Below are positions 27,715 to 38,137 of a stretch of 64,000 bases of DNA, piece after piece. Origin of the DNA: Dehalococcoidia bacterium (lineage in GTDB: Bacteria > Chloroflexota > Dehalococcoidia > Bin125). Under the pieces are notes generated by a model. It had not been told where the DNA came from, ran no database searches, and saw only the letters and a list, made by a program, of their open reading frames with translations. The position numbers were made by a program, and so were the translations under genes. The stretch's first letter is position 1; each line of letters begins with the position of its first letter. The stretch spans positions 1,600,001 to 1,664,000 of the forward strand of contig OY820591.1 in the NCBI GenBank assembly GCA_963555985.3. Reading direction: 5' to 3'.

Positions 27715-28563
27715 ATGACCTCAGACAGCAACGGATGGGCACGGCCTGAGCTGATCTGCGAAACCGACTGGCTGGCCGAGCACCTCGACGACGAAGACCT
27801 CGTGGTGCTCGACTGCGATCTGCTGGACGCTTACCTGCGTCTGCACATTCCGGGCGCTGTCTGGTCCGTGTCGCGCTATTGGAAGTCCGATCCGCGCGAC
27901 GATTCGCAGATCTACGGACTCGAAGATCCCGAGCAATTCGCCCGGCTGCTCGGGCGTATGGGGATTGGTCCCGACACGCAAATCGTCGGGTACGACGGCT
28001 CCGGCAGCCTCTACGCAGCTCGCGTCTGGTGGACCTTCAACCGCTACGGCCACACCAATTTCAAGATTCTGCACGGCGGACTCGACAAGTGGTACGCCGA
28101 GGGCCGCCCGCTGGTGAACACGAACTTCAGGCCCAGTCCAGTCGAATACCCGGTTCCGGCTGCGCCGCACGATGAATCCATCTGTCGCCTGTCGGATATT
28201 CCCGAGGCGCTGGACGACGACTCACACGTGTTCTGGGACGTCCGCTCGGACGGCGAGTGGACCGGCGCGAACAAGCGGGGCACGCAGCGAGGCGGCCGGA
28301 TTCCAGGCGCGGTGCATCTGGAGTGGCTGGATACCTTGCAATCACCGGTGCGGACCCTGAAACCGCCCTCGGAGCTGCGGGCGATGCTCGCCGACCTGGG
28401 GATCACGCCGGACAAGACGGTCACTACCTATTGACAGGGCGGCATCCGTGCGGCGCACGGATACTGGTTGCTCCGCCTCCTCGGTTTCGACAACGCGCGG
28501 AACTACGACGCATCCTGGCACGAGTACGGGAACGCGCTCGATCATCCGATTGAAACCGAGTAG
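27715..28563 (+). CDS. Tandem rhodanese sulfurtransferase, probable selenoprotein
   Basis: HIPGA, DVRS, GRIPGA, then VTTY-UGA(28432-28434)-QGGIRAAH...RNYDASWHEY; the UGA is at the catalytic Cys and the frame continues to TAG 28563. Confidence 0.88.
28444..28462 (+). promoter_or_regulatory. Candidate bacterial SECIS hairpin
   Basis: ATCCGTGC-GGC-GCACGGAT perfect 8-bp stem starting 10 nt after the in-frame UGA. Confidence 0.55.
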
Positions 28564-28614
28564 GGCTGCGAGCGTTTGGTCGCAGCCACAGCCCCGCCTC
28601 TGAGCGTCGAAGTC

Positions 28615-29811
28615 CTATCCCTCGATCAGTTCGAGCAGGGCTGCTTCGACTTCCTCGAATGGCGCGAATGCCTCGAAGCGTGCGTGAACTCGGCCGGCGG
28701 CGTCAACGACGAACGTCCACTCGTCCGTGTGCAGGCCCCACTCTTCGAGGATCGGCGTCTCGATCGGGAGTTCCCCAAGCTTGACCGCCTCAGGGTTCTC
28801 ATAGAGGTCGATGTGGATGTAGTTCACGCCGGTTGGGTAGCGCTCGCGCAGCTCTGAGAGCACTTGCGCCTGCGGACCGCAGAATGCGTTCGTGCAAAAT
28901 CCCGGCGAGGCGAAGACGACGATGAAGGGCTGGCCGGCGGTAATCGCGTCCTCCACGGTGAGCAAGTAGAGGCCGGGGTCAGGCTCGTCGCCAGTCGAGA
29001 GGTCGCCGATGTTCGGGACCGTGAGGATGGTGCGATTCTGCGAGGGCGGGGCTGCGTCTCCGACCGACGGCGAGGACGTGTCCGCCGCTACGTGCACAGC
29101 GATCGCGACGGTCTGGAAGCCATCGCTGTGCGGTATGGACATAACGAACGCCCAGCGCCCGGGTTGATCGAAGTTCACTTCGGCCACGTGGAAGCCGCGT
29201 ACGCCGTCTGGGAACCGGCTGAAACGCGCAACGATATCCTGAACCATCGCCGGATCGTCCTGAGACATGGCGGTGACGCCGATCGCAGGAAACTCAATCA
29301 ATCCTTCCGGTCCCTCGATCACGACCGAGATACGGTGGAAACCGGGGCTGAGATCGGGCGTTCCGAGCGCGACGGTGTAGCCGCCGGGGTGGATATACAC
29401 CGGATAACCGGCATCGCTGAGCAACTGGAGGCGCGGGCTGAGACTGTCGTAGTCGGCTGGCTCAATTACCGCTACTGCATCACCCGGACCCATGCCCGCG
29501 CCGTCGCCCGAAGCGGACTCTGTCGCTTCCTGAGCCGATTCGGGTTCCGGCTGCTCAGTCTGCCGCTGCTCGGCCTGTGCTTGGCCTTCTTCTTCAGACT
29601 GGGCGGCCTGTGCCGGTTCCGCACGCTGAGTGGTACCAGTTGCGGGGGACGTCGTCGTGGTGGTCGTTGTCGTGGCCGTCTCGGCGTCAGCGGGCTGTTC
29701 CTGCTGTCGTTGAGTCTGGTCATCGCCGCCGCTCGAACAGGCGGCGAGCGCTACAGCGGCCGCGACGGCCACTGCCACAGCAGCGCCGCGCAGAAAAGTC
29801 GATGTGCGCAT
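28615..29811 (-). CDS. Lipoprotein with C-terminal thioredoxin-like fold
   Basis: LAAC lipobox, Q/T-rich linker, FASPGFCTNAFCGP, WTFVVD. Confidence 0.75.
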   Translation of the reverse strand: MRTSTFLRGAAVAVAVAAAVALAACSSGGDDQTQRQQEQPADAETATTTTTTTTSPATGTTQRAEPAQAAQSEEEGQAQAEQRQTEQPEPESAQEATESASGDGAGMGPGDAVAVIEPADYDSLSPRLQLLSDAGYPVYIHPGGYTVALGTPDLSPGFHRISVVIEGPEGLIEFPAIGVTAMSQDDPAMVQDIVARFSRFPDGVRGFHVAEVNFDQPGRWAFVMSIPHSDGFQTVAIAVHVAADTSSPSVGDAAPPSQNRTILTVPNIGDLSTGDEPDPGLYLLTVEDAITAGQPFIVVFASPGFCTNAFCGPQAQVLSELRERYPTGVNYIHIDLYENPEAVKLGELPIETPILEEWGLHTDEWTFVVDAAGRVHARFEAFAPFEEVEAALLELIEG

Positions 29812-29816
29812 CGTGA

Positions 29817-31421
29817 TTACTCCCCGCCGAGGTATGAGCCGAAGGTGAATGCGAAAATCTGCAGCTGATCTGAGTTTGAGCGCAGTTTCAACTCGTGTCT
29901 ACTCCACACATCGAGCTTGACCAGCCGGTAGAGGTCGTTCGTTGTCACGCGAATGTACGAGCGTCCCTGGTCGTCCCAGCGAATGTGTTCCCCGGCCTCT
30001 TCGGACCGGAGCCAGCGACCGTCCATCTCAATGAAGACGTCGAACGGGTCTCCGTCCTCGGCGACGGTCAGCACCACATTGACGGTTCTGGCCTGGAAAT
30101 CGAACGCGAGATAGTCCTCGAGATTCTGGGTTTCGCGCGCGTGGACAATGGCCTCGGGTTCGTTGCGCCAGAGTCCCTGGAGATACCACTTGTGGTGCTC
30201 GCGCTGCTCGCGGGAAGTGTCGATGTCTTCGTAGAAGATGTCAGCGTTCGCCTGGAGGTAGTACTCGCCCTGAGCGGCGTACTGGACGCGACCGTAGTTC
30301 CGGTGCGTGCCCCCGTAGAGTTCGCGTGTCTGGCGGCCGCGATCCGGGTCTCTCACAGGCTCAACGGCGGTCGTGCCAAGCGGGATGCCTGAGACATCCC
30401 GGCCCGCGTCGATCAGCGCTTCACGGATGGCGACTTCGGTTTCGTGATAGTCGCCCTCGCCGAAGTGGAGGTAGCGCACATCCATCGTCGGGCCGATCAG
30501 ATACTTGGCCGGCCAGTAGCGATTGTTGAACGCGCGCCAGGTGCGGTAGTCGTCATCCTGGGGAACGCGGTACTGAATCCCGTACTGCGCGATCGCCGCG
30601 CGGATGTTGTCCGGGTCCTTCTCGAACTCGAACTCCGGCGTATGCACGCCGATGATGACTAGTCCGTGCTCGGCGTACTTGTCGTGCCATTCGGTCAGGA
30701 ATGGAAGGGTACGGATGCAGTTGATGCAGGTGTAGGTCCAGAAGTCAATCAGGACGACGTTGCCTTTAGCCAGTTCCAACGCGATCGAGGTCTCCTCGCC
30801 GTTCAACCAGCGAACGATCCCCGTGAGATCCGCGACGGTCGCATCCGCCGCGATCTCCTCGGCGCGAAGTCGGAGACGTTCGGTTTCACTTGGCCTTGGA
30901 TCGGGTTCTGGCTCGGTCTCAGCCTGCTCCGCTTCCTCCTCGTCCTCCGGCTGCATCGGTTCCGCTTGCTCTTGCGATTGCTGAGCCTGCGATGGCTCCT
31001 CTGCCTGCGACTGACCCTCCACAGGTTCGGGCTGTGTCTGTCCCTCGTCACTCGTATCGCTTGATGATTCGGCCTGCTGTTGCACCTGCCCGCCCGCGGT
31101 TGCCGCCTCTTGCTCCCCTTCCTGCGACTCCTGTGTGGTTGCGGCTCTCGCCTGCTGTGTCTGTGTCTCCGCTTGCTCATCGCTGCGGCTGACAGTCACG
31201 GACTCTTCAGCATCTTGCCGCTGCTCTGTCTCTGTTTCTGTTTGTTGTTCCGTCTGCTCAGTTGCCGCTGCTTGCGAAACAGCCGGCTGCGAGTCAACTG
31301 ATTCGCTTACTTGCTGATCGGTCTGGGATGTCTGTCTAGCTCCGGATTGTGACTCGTCCGAGCTGGAGCAGGCCGCGAAAAACAGGGCGATGCCGAGAAC
31401 AGCGAGGGTGAGGTATCTCAT
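29817..31421 (-). CDS. DipZ-like redoxin lipoprotein
   Basis: FAAC lipobox after ATG 31421, Q/E-rich linker, IDFWTYTCINC, GVHTPEFEFEK, NRYWPAKY, FTFG. Confidence 0.88.
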   Translation of the reverse strand: MRYLTLAVLGIALFFAACSSSDESQSGARQTSQTDQQVSESVDSQPAVSQAAATEQTEQQTETETEQRQDAEESVTVSRSDEQAETQTQQARAATTQESQEGEQEAATAGGQVQQQAESSSDTSDEGQTQPEPVEGQSQAEEPSQAQQSQEQAEPMQPEDEEEAEQAETEPEPDPRPSETERLRLRAEEIAADATVADLTGIVRWLNGEETSIALELAKGNVVLIDFWTYTCINCIRTLPFLTEWHDKYAEHGLVIIGVHTPEFEFEKDPDNIRAAIAQYGIQYRVPQDDDYRTWRAFNNRYWPAKYLIGPTMDVRYLHFGEGDYHETEVAIREALIDAGRDVSGIPLGTTAVEPVRDPDRGRQTRELYGGTHRNYGRVQYAAQGEYYLQANADIFYEDIDTSREQREHHKWYLQGLWRNEPEAIVHARETQNLEDYLAFDFQARTVNVVLTVAEDGDPFDVFIEMDGRWLRSEEAGEHIRWDDQGRSYIRVTTNDLYRLVKLDVWSRHELKLRSNSDQLQIFAFTFGSYLGGE

Positions 31422-31470
31422 GGGTTGAGCGTACCTCGTTAGCCGCCGGACGCATGGGCGGTCGATTCGC

Positions 31471-32415
31471 TCAAGCGCGGTCTTCAGCCCAAGCGCGAAT
31501 GAGCGTATGCGCGATTGCCATTGGGCCAGGCAATGAGAGCGCGCCATCCGGCAATCCGGGCTGACCCAGTTGCGCCGCCGGGCGATCAAGCGCTTCCAGG
31601 ATTTCGGGCCGCGTGAACCACTGCACATCGTCCATCTCGAACTCGTCGTAGTCGATCTCTGCGCTGCCCGCGTCGGCGTGACAGCCAATCATCAGCGAGG
31701 AAGGAAACGGCCATGGCTGCGAGGAGTGGTAGCGGACATTGATCGCCGCGATCCCCGACTCCTCCGCTACCTCGCGGCGCACCGCATCTTCGATCGACTC
31801 ACCGTGATCGATGAATCCAGCCAGGGCCGAGAACATACCGGCCGGCCAGGAGGCCTGCCGGCCCAGCAAACAGCGATCTCCCGCGGCGTCGATCACCACC
31901 GTGATCACGACCGGATCGGTGCGCGGAAAATGCTCGGCGGGACAGCCGATGCAACGACGGAAGATGCCGCCTTGGGCGGATTCGGTGGGCGCTCCGCAGA
32001 CGGCGCAGTAACGATGACGCTCGTGCCAGTCGAGGAAAGCTCGCGCTTGGGCGGCGATGCCGGCGTCGTCGGCGTCCATCACGGCGGCGGCGGCGCGGAG
32101 GTCTTGGAAGGACACATCCGCCGGCAACTCCCAGGTTTGAGGGGCGGCGTCGGCGTTGATGGCGAACCTCGCGCTCCCCTGGTCCGTGCCCAGAAGCAGC
32201 GGTGGATGGCGTTCCGTATCGGCATTGGCGGGCAGATCGGCCCAAGCGAGCCGCAGAGCGCCGTTGACGTTCTGTACCGGGAAGAGCAGACGCTGTAACG
32301 GAAGCCAGCGGGTTTGAAGATTCACGATTTGTTCTCGCACCCAGTCTTCGTCGCGCCGCTGCGCGGCGACCCGATCGAGTGGATTGCCGGAGAAGGTGTT
32401 GCGATGTTCAGACAA
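31471..32415 (-). CDS. nudC: NAD(+) diphosphatase
   Basis: YCAVCG, FPRTDPVVI, Nudix box AGF..GESIEDAVRREVAEESG, SQPWPFPSSLM; start uncertain (TTG 32415 assumed). Confidence 0.92.
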   Translation of the reverse strand: MSEHRNTFSGNPLDRVAAQRRDEDWVREQIVNLQTRWLPLQRLLFPVQNVNGALRLAWADLPANADTERHPPLLLGTDQGSARFAINADAAPQTWELPADVSFQDLRAAAAVMDADDAGIAAQARAFLDWHERHRYCAVCGAPTESAQGGIFRRCIGCPAEHFPRTDPVVITVVIDAAGDRCLLGRQASWPAGMFSALAGFIDHGESIEDAVRREVAEESGIAAINVRYHSSQPWPFPSSLMIGCHADAGSAEIDYDEFEMDDVQWFTRPEILEALDRPAAQLGQPGLPDGALSLPGPMAIAHTLIRAWAEDRA

Positions 32416-32443
32416 GGCTCTGCTCCGCGATGTTCCCGGCCCG

Positions 32444-34075
32444 TCAGGCGGTGTGAATCTCGGCAGTGTGATCAAAGTGGGTCGCTGCCGGCGACTTCGG
32501 GAGACCGGGCATCGTCATGATCTCGCCGGAGATGATCACGACAAAGCCGGCACCGGCTGAGGGACGAACCTCACGCACGGTGAACTCGTGATCCCGAGGG
32601 CGTCCGAGTCTGCCCGGATCATCGGAGAGCGAGTACTGCGTCTTGGCGATACACACCGGCCACTCGTCTTGACCGAGCCGGCGCGCTCGCCGCAAGGTCG
32701 TGTTGGCACTGCGCAGATAAGTGATCGTCCCGGCGCCGTAGACGTTGCGGGCAACCGTTTCGATCTTCTCGGTGAGCGGTTGGGTCAAGTCGTAGAGCGC
32801 CTGAAAATCGAGTCGCTCGCCATCCAGCGCCGCCCGCACTTCGCCTGCAAGGTCCAGACATGCTTCGCCGCCGCCGCCAAACGGATCCGCGATCGCAGCG
32901 CGCACGCCTCGATTGCGGCAGTGGCTGAGCATCGCGTCGAGTTCGGCCTGCGTATCGGAAGGGAAGCGATTGACCGCCACGACCGGCGTCACACCGTGCT
33001 GGAGCACGTTGTCGATATGCGCATCGAGATTCGGCATTCCCTTGCTCAGGGCCTCTAGGTCTTCCACTTCGAGGTCGCGTGCGCGTCGTCCGCCGTGACG
33101 TTTGACCGCGCGCGCAGTAGCGACAATCACCGCCGCTTGAGGGCTGAACCCGCCGATCCGCGAGACGACGTTGAAGAATTTCTCCGCGCCAAGGTCAGAG
33201 CCAAATCCAGCCTCAGTCACAGTGATCTCGGCGCTCGACAACGCCGCCCGGGTCGCGGCAATCGAGTTGCAGCCAAGCGCGATATTGGCGAACGGGCCGC
33301 CATGCACGAACGCGGGACCGCCTTCGCCGGTCTGGACGAGATTGGGCCGAATGGCGTCTTGAAGCAGAACAGTCATCGCGCTATCCACGCCCAGATCGCG
33401 ACATCTGATCGCCTGTGGCTGCCGTTCGGGCGTGTAGCCGATGATGATGTCGCCTAGCCGCCTGTTCAGATCGTCAAGGTCGGCAGCGACAGAGAGGATC
33501 GCCATCACTTCCGAGGCGGGTGTGATGTCAAACGACTCCTCACGCGGTACCCCATCACTTGCGCCACCCATGCCGATCACCGTGCCGCGCAGGGCGCGAT
33601 CGTTCATGTCGAGGCATCGTCGCCAAGTGATCCGGCGCGGATCGAGGCCAAGTGGATTGCCGTGGAACAGGGAGTTGTCGATTGCCGCGGCGAGCAGATT
33701 GTTCGCCGCAGTGACGGCATGTAGGTCGCCCGTGAAGTGCAGGTTGATGTCGTCAGCCGGCAATACCTGCGAATGGCCGCCGCCGGTACCGCCGCCCTTG
33801 ATCCCGAAGACCGGTCCCATGGAAGGCTCACGCAGCGCGACAGCAGCGTTCGCGCCGCTTTTGCGCAGCGCCTGCGTTAGCCCGATCGCAGTGGTCGTCT
33901 TCCCCTCCCCGGCCGTGGTTGGAGTGATGCCAGTGACCAGCACAAGATCGCCCTGAGGCTGCTCGCGCAGACGCGCAAGCGCGGGTGCGCTCAGCTTTGC
34001 CTTGTTCCGTCCGTAGAACTCAAGGTCGTCGCCGCCCAGTCTGAGTTCCGCAGCTACGTCGACGATCGGCCGCAT
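32444..34075 (-). CDS. fhs: Formate--tetrahydrofolate ligase
   Basis: ITPTTAGEGKTTT, REPSMGPVFGIKGG, INLHFTGD, VHGGPFANIA, TEAGFGSDLGAEKF, AKTQYS, MPGLP. Confidence 0.96.
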   Translation of the reverse strand: MRPIVDVAAELRLGGDDLEFYGRNKAKLSAPALARLREQPQGDLVLVTGITPTTAGEGKTTTAIGLTQALRKSGANAAVALREPSMGPVFGIKGGGTGGGHSQVLPADDINLHFTGDLHAVTAANNLLAAAIDNSLFHGNPLGLDPRRITWRRCLDMNDRALRGTVIGMGGASDGVPREESFDITPASEVMAILSVAADLDDLNRRLGDIIIGYTPERQPQAIRCRDLGVDSAMTVLLQDAIRPNLVQTGEGGPAFVHGGPFANIALGCNSIAATRAALSSAEITVTEAGFGSDLGAEKFFNVVSRIGGFSPQAAVIVATARAVKRHGGRRARDLEVEDLEALSKGMPNLDAHIDNVLQHGVTPVVAVNRFPSDTQAELDAMLSHCRNRGVRAAIADPFGGGGEACLDLAGEVRAALDGERLDFQALYDLTQPLTEKIETVARNVYGAGTITYLRSANTTLRRARRLGQDEWPVCIAKTQYSLSDDPGRLGRPRDHEFTVREVRPSAGAGFVVIISGEIMTMPGLPKSPAATHFDHTAEIHTA

Positions 34076-34127
34076 GGTCTGCGCTCCCTTGTCCGCGCGC
34101 TCCGTCGGCAGGCAGGGTAGCGCAGGC

Positions 34128-34562
34128 CTAATTCTCGACCGTGACCTTGACATCGGCCACCTTGCGGGAGTTGACGATCAGGGCGATGTTGAAGTCACCG
34201 TCGTCGTTGAGCCGGAGGGGGATCGCGGCGACAATCCAGGGTGGATCGACACCCTCGTAACGATAGTCGCGGAGTTCGAAATACTCACGCGCGCCGGCGT
34301 CGTATTCGACCCGTACGAGGACATGATCGGCGTCGACGGGTTCGTTCATTTCGAGTCGCAGCCAGAAGGGTTCGTCGAGTTTGAGCGGTCGGTTGAGCGG
34401 GGTGAGGACGGCCTTGTCGTCGGCCTGTTCGTCTATGTGGAGGGCGGCCTCGGCGGCGCCGCCGACGCCGGAGAAGATGCCGCCTCGGGAGGCGTTGCAG
34501 CCCGCAGCGACGATGATCAACAAGGCAAGGACGACGATCGCGCAGAGCCACTGAACACGCAT
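34128..34562 (-). CDS. Putative lipoprotein
   Basis: Hydrophobic N-terminus with AAGC lipobox; beta-rich body. Confidence 0.55.
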   Translation of the reverse strand: MRVQWLCAIVVLALLIIVAAGCNASRGGIFSGVGGAAEAALHIDEQADDKAVLTPLNRPLKLDEPFWLRLEMNEPVDADHVLVRVEYDAGAREYFELRDYRYEGVDPPWIVAAIPLRLNDDGDFNIALIVNSRKVADVKVTVEN

Positions 34563-34608
34563 CGATTGACAGAGTAGTCTGCATTCCAAACCCGAAGGAG
34601 GCTGCGCG

Positions 34609-35844
34609 GTGTCAGCAGACCGAGAAACAGCGCTCTCAATCCGGGGGCTGTACAAGGTGTTCGCCGACGACGATGGCGTTGGTCTGAACCTGGCGCGCCA
34701 AGGCCGGGGCAAAGACGAGATTCAGGAGGAAACCGGCGCGGTCGTCGGTTTGCGCGACGTCAACATCGAGATCGCGCGGGGCGAGCTGTTCGTGGTCATG
34801 GGGCTGTCGGGCTGCGGCAAGTCGACGCTGGTGCGCTGCATCAACCGGCTGATCGAGCCGTCGGCGGGCGAGGTGCGGCTGGACGGACGGGAGATCACGG
34901 AGATGAGCGAGGAGGAGCTGCGCGAGGTTCGGCGTCACGACATGGCGATGGTCTTCCAGCATTTCGGACTGATGCCGCATCGCAACGTGCTCGACAACGT
35001 GGCGCTGCCGCTGGAGATCGGCGGCGCAGCGAAGGCGGAACGGCGCGAGCGGGCGGCGGCGGCGCTGGAAATCGTGGGGCTGGGCGACTGGACCGGATCG
35101 ATGCCTAATCAGTTGTCGGGCGGGATGAAGCAGCGCGTCGGACTGGCGCGGGGTCTAGCGATGGAGACGCCGGTGCTGTTGATGGACGAACCGTTCTCGG
35201 CGCTGGATCCGGTGATCCGGCGCGATTTGCAGGACGAGTTGTTGGGCTTGCAGGCCTCGGTTCAGAAGACGATCGTGTTCATCACGCACGACCTGAGCGA
35301 GGCGGTGAGGGTGGGCGACCGGATCGCGATCATGCGCGATGGCGAGGTGGTGCAGGTCGGGGCACCCAACGATGTGGTGCTCAATCCGGCCGACGACTTC
35401 GTGCGCGAGTTCACCCAGGACGTGCGGCTGCACGGGATGGTGACGGCGGCGTCGATCATGGATGCGTCGTTCCGCTCGCTGAGTGGCGCTACGCCGGTCG
35501 AGGAGGCGATCAGCTTCATGCAGGACTCCGATCTGACCGGCATCTGTTGCGTCGACGATGAGCGTAAGTATCTGGGCACGGCGTACCTCTCGCGCCTCCT
35601 GCCGGCGCAACGCAGCGGCCTCAGGCGGTTGGATGAAACCGCTCTCTACATCGGCGATGCGGTTTGGGAGGAGACGGTGTTGGACGATCTGGTGCCGGCC
35701 GGTCTGCGGGCGCAGCATCCGCTGGCGGTGCTGGACAACGACGGCGTGCTGATCGGCGTGATTCCGCTCGACCGCCTGGCCCGAGCGATGGCGTCGGACG
35801 AAGCAGCGGCGGCCGTCGCGGCTGAGAGCGGAGTCGAAGCATGA
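34609..35844 (+). CDS. proV: Glycine betaine/proline ABC transporter ATP-binding subunit
   Basis: GLSGCGKST, LSGGMKQRVG, MDEPFSALDP, C-terminal CBS pair. Confidence 0.93.
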   Translation: MSADRETALSIRGLYKVFADDDGVGLNLARQGRGKDEIQEETGAVVGLRDVNIEIARGELFVVMGLSGCGKSTLVRCINRLIEPSAGEVRLDGREITEMSEEELREVRRHDMAMVFQHFGLMPHRNVLDNVALPLEIGGAAKAERRERAAAALEIVGLGDWTGSMPNQLSGGMKQRVGLARGLAMETPVLLMDEPFSALDPVIRRDLQDELLGLQASVQKTIVFITHDLSEAVRVGDRIAIMRDGEVVQVGAPNDVVLNPADDFVREFTQDVRLHGMVTAASIMDASFRSLSGATPVEEAISFMQDSDLTGICCVDDERKYLGTAYLSRLLPAQRSGLRRLDETALYIGDAVWEETVLDDLVPAGLRAQHPLAVLDNDGVLIGVIPLDRLARAMASDEAAAAVAAESGVEA

Positions 35845-36860
35845 GCGAAGCCGGTCAGCCGCCGCCCTCGTCGCCAGCGCGGACGGTCTTGCGTCTGCTC
35901 GCCTTCGGCAGCGATCGACCACTGCCGTCGAAGTGGTGGATCGCGCCGAGTGTGATCGCGGCGGTCGGTTTGCTCTTCGTGCTCGCCTACTTCCTGGTCG
36001 CCGATGAGTTTCCCTTCGACGTGGGCCGCGATGTGGGCTACCGGATCGATGTCTGGCTGGACTGGCTGAAGGACAACCTGTCGGGGCTGTTCCAAGCGAT
36101 CAAGAACGTGATTGTCTGGTTCCTGGTCTCGCTGGAAGACATGATGCTGTGGCTGACCTGGCCGGCGTTGATCGGCGGCATCGCGCTGACCTCATGGCTG
36201 CTGGTCTCGTTCCGCATGGCGCTGTTCTCGGCGGCGTCGCTGCTGCTGCTGGCGACCTTCGGGCTGTGGGAATCGACCGTCGAAACGATCGCGCTGATCG
36301 TTGTGACGGTCACCCTCTCGATTCTGATCGCAGTGCCGATGGGCGTCTGGGCGTCGCAGAGCGATCGGCTCGACGCCCTGCTGCGCCCGATTCTCGACGC
36401 GATGCAGACGATGCCCTCGTTCGTCTATCTCGTGCCGGCGATCGCGTTCTTCTCACTGGGCGACACGCCGGCGGTGCTGGCGACGCTGATCTACGCGGTG
36501 CCGCCGGCGGTGCGGTTGACCAATCTGGGCATTCGGCAGTTGCCGGCCGACACGCTGGAGGCGGCGGAGTCGTTCGGAATGACCCAGAGCCAGATGTTGA
36601 TCAAGGTCAAGGTGCCGCTGGCGATCCCGACGATTATGGCGGGGGTCAACCAGACGACGCTGATGGCGCTCTCGATGGTGGTGATCGCCTCGCTGGTCGG
36701 CGCAGGCGGTCTGGGTCTGGACGTGAACCGCGCGCTGGGGAGGATCGAGCCGGGTAACGCCTTCCTGGCGGGGCTCGGGATCGTCTTCGTGGCGATCATC
36801 ATCGACCGAATCACGCAGGCGCTGACGCGGCGTCAACAAGCGTCCCTGGGTTCGGACTGA
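35841..36860 (+). CDS. proW: Glycine betaine/proline ABC transporter permease
   Basis: RPILDAMQTMPSFVYL, RLTNLGIRQ, EAA loop, IMAGVNQT. Confidence 0.93.
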   Translation: MSEAGQPPPSSPARTVLRLLAFGSDRPLPSKWWIAPSVIAAVGLLFVLAYFLVADEFPFDVGRDVGYRIDVWLDWLKDNLSGLFQAIKNVIVWFLVSLEDMMLWLTWPALIGGIALTSWLLVSFRMALFSAASLLLLATFGLWESTVETIALIVVTVTLSILIAVPMGVWASQSDRLDALLRPILDAMQTMPSFVYLVPAIAFFSLGDTPAVLATLIYAVPPAVRLTNLGIRQLPADTLEAAESFGMTQSQMLIKVKVPLAIPTIMAGVNQTTLMALSMVVIASLVGAGGLGLDVNRALGRIEPGNAFLAGLGIVFVAIIIDRITQALTRRQQASLGSD

Positions 36861-36882
36861 GGCTGATTGGAGGAGGACGGCA

Positions 36883-37101
36883 ATGGCGAATCTGTTGCGG
36901 CGCATCGCAGAGGTACCGGGGCTGACGCTAGGTTGCGCAACGGTGCTCTGTTGGGTCTTGACCGCGTTCGCGTTGGCCGACCCCGATCTGTCGGAAAACG
37001 CCACACTGGGCGGGGCGAAGGCGCTGTTCGTGGTCTTCGCGGTGCTGATGACCCTGCTCACTGTGTGGAAGGCGACGGCAAGGCGACGCAGCGATGGGTA
37101 G
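36883..37101 (+). CDS. Small two-TM membrane protein
   Basis: GGAGGAGG RBS; overlaps the start of the next gene. Confidence 0.6.
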   Translation: MANLLRRIAEVPGLTLGCATVLCWVLTAFALADPDLSENATLGGAKALFVVFAVLMTLLTVWKATARRRSDG

Positions 37102-38074
37102 CCGCTGGATTGCGGTCGTCGTCGCGGCGTTGTTGGGACTGCTGGCGCTGGCCGCATGCGGCGGGAACGGGGGTGAGCGCGAGCCGATCGTGTTCTCCGA
37201 TCTGAACTGGTCCTCAGCCGAGATTCAGAATCGGATCGCGGCCTTCATCGTCGAACACGGCTACGGCTATCCGACCGAATTGATTGCGGGCGACTCGATC
37301 TCGCTGCAACAGGGGCTGGCCAACAACGATACGGACGTGACGATGGAGGTCTGGCTGCCCAATCAGGTTGATTTGTGGCGCGAAGCGCTGGCCGAGGAGA
37401 TCGTGGTGGATGTGGGATCGTCGTTGGACGACAACTGGGAGGCGATCGTCGTTCCCCAATATGTGAAGGACGCGCATCCGGGCCTGGTCTCGGTGGCGGA
37501 CATCCCCACGTACGCGGAGCTGTTTGAGACGCCCGACTCGCGCGGACGGGCGCGGCTAGTCGGTTGTCTGGCGGGCTGGGCCTGCGAGCAGGTGATTCAC
37601 GAGAAGCTGCGCGGCTACGGAATCGCCGAGTCGGTGCACGTGGTCGATCCGGGCAGCGAGGCAGCTCTGTTCGCCGATCTGTACAGCGCCTACGAGCGGG
37701 GCGAGGCCTGGTTGGGCTACATGTGGGGGCCGACGCGCCCGACGGCAGAACTGGACCTGTATGTGTTGGAGGAGCCGCCGTTCAGCGAGGAGTGCTGGGA
37801 GGCGGACAAGGACTGCGCCTGGCCGATCACGAATGTGCGGATTTACGTCCACCACACGCTGATCGAGCGTGCGCCCGAGGTGATTGCGTTCCTGGGCGAG
37901 TGGTCGTTCCCGGCGGCGTTCCAGGTCGCGGCGGAGAAGTGGATGCTGGCCAACAACGAGACGCCGGACGGTGCGGCGATCTGGTATCTGCAAACGCAAC
38001 GCGAGCAATGGGCGTCGTTCGTGCCGCCCGATGTGGCGGAGAAGATCGATGAAGCGTTGGAGGCGTTAGGCTGA
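37094..38074 (+). CDS. Glycine betaine ABC substrate-binding lipoprotein (ProX-like)
   Basis: LAAC lipobox, DLNWSS, EVWLP, GCLAGWAC, GYMWGP. Confidence 0.9.
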   Translation: MGSRWIAVVVAALLGLLALAACGGNGGEREPIVFSDLNWSSAEIQNRIAAFIVEHGYGYPTELIAGDSISLQQGLANNDTDVTMEVWLPNQVDLWREALAEEIVVDVGSSLDDNWEAIVVPQYVKDAHPGLVSVADIPTYAELFETPDSRGRARLVGCLAGWACEQVIHEKLRGYGIAESVHVVDPGSEAALFADLYSAYERGEAWLGYMWGPTRPTAELDLYVLEEPPFSEECWEADKDCAWPITNVRIYVHHTLIERAPEVIAFLGEWSFPAAFQVAAEKWMLANNETPDGAAIWYLQTQREQWASFVPPDVAEKIDEALEALG

Positions 38075-38137
38075 GGGCAGCGCGGCTGAGCGGCTCGCCT
38101 AGAGTCGTTCGAGAGCGGGCCGTGAGGGGCGTACGTT

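Noticed and set aside
32444-32520. Possible frameshift or truncation at the Fhs C-terminus
   Set aside because: The tail is divergent but overall length and all motifs up to MPGLP are intact; not enough to call a pseudogene
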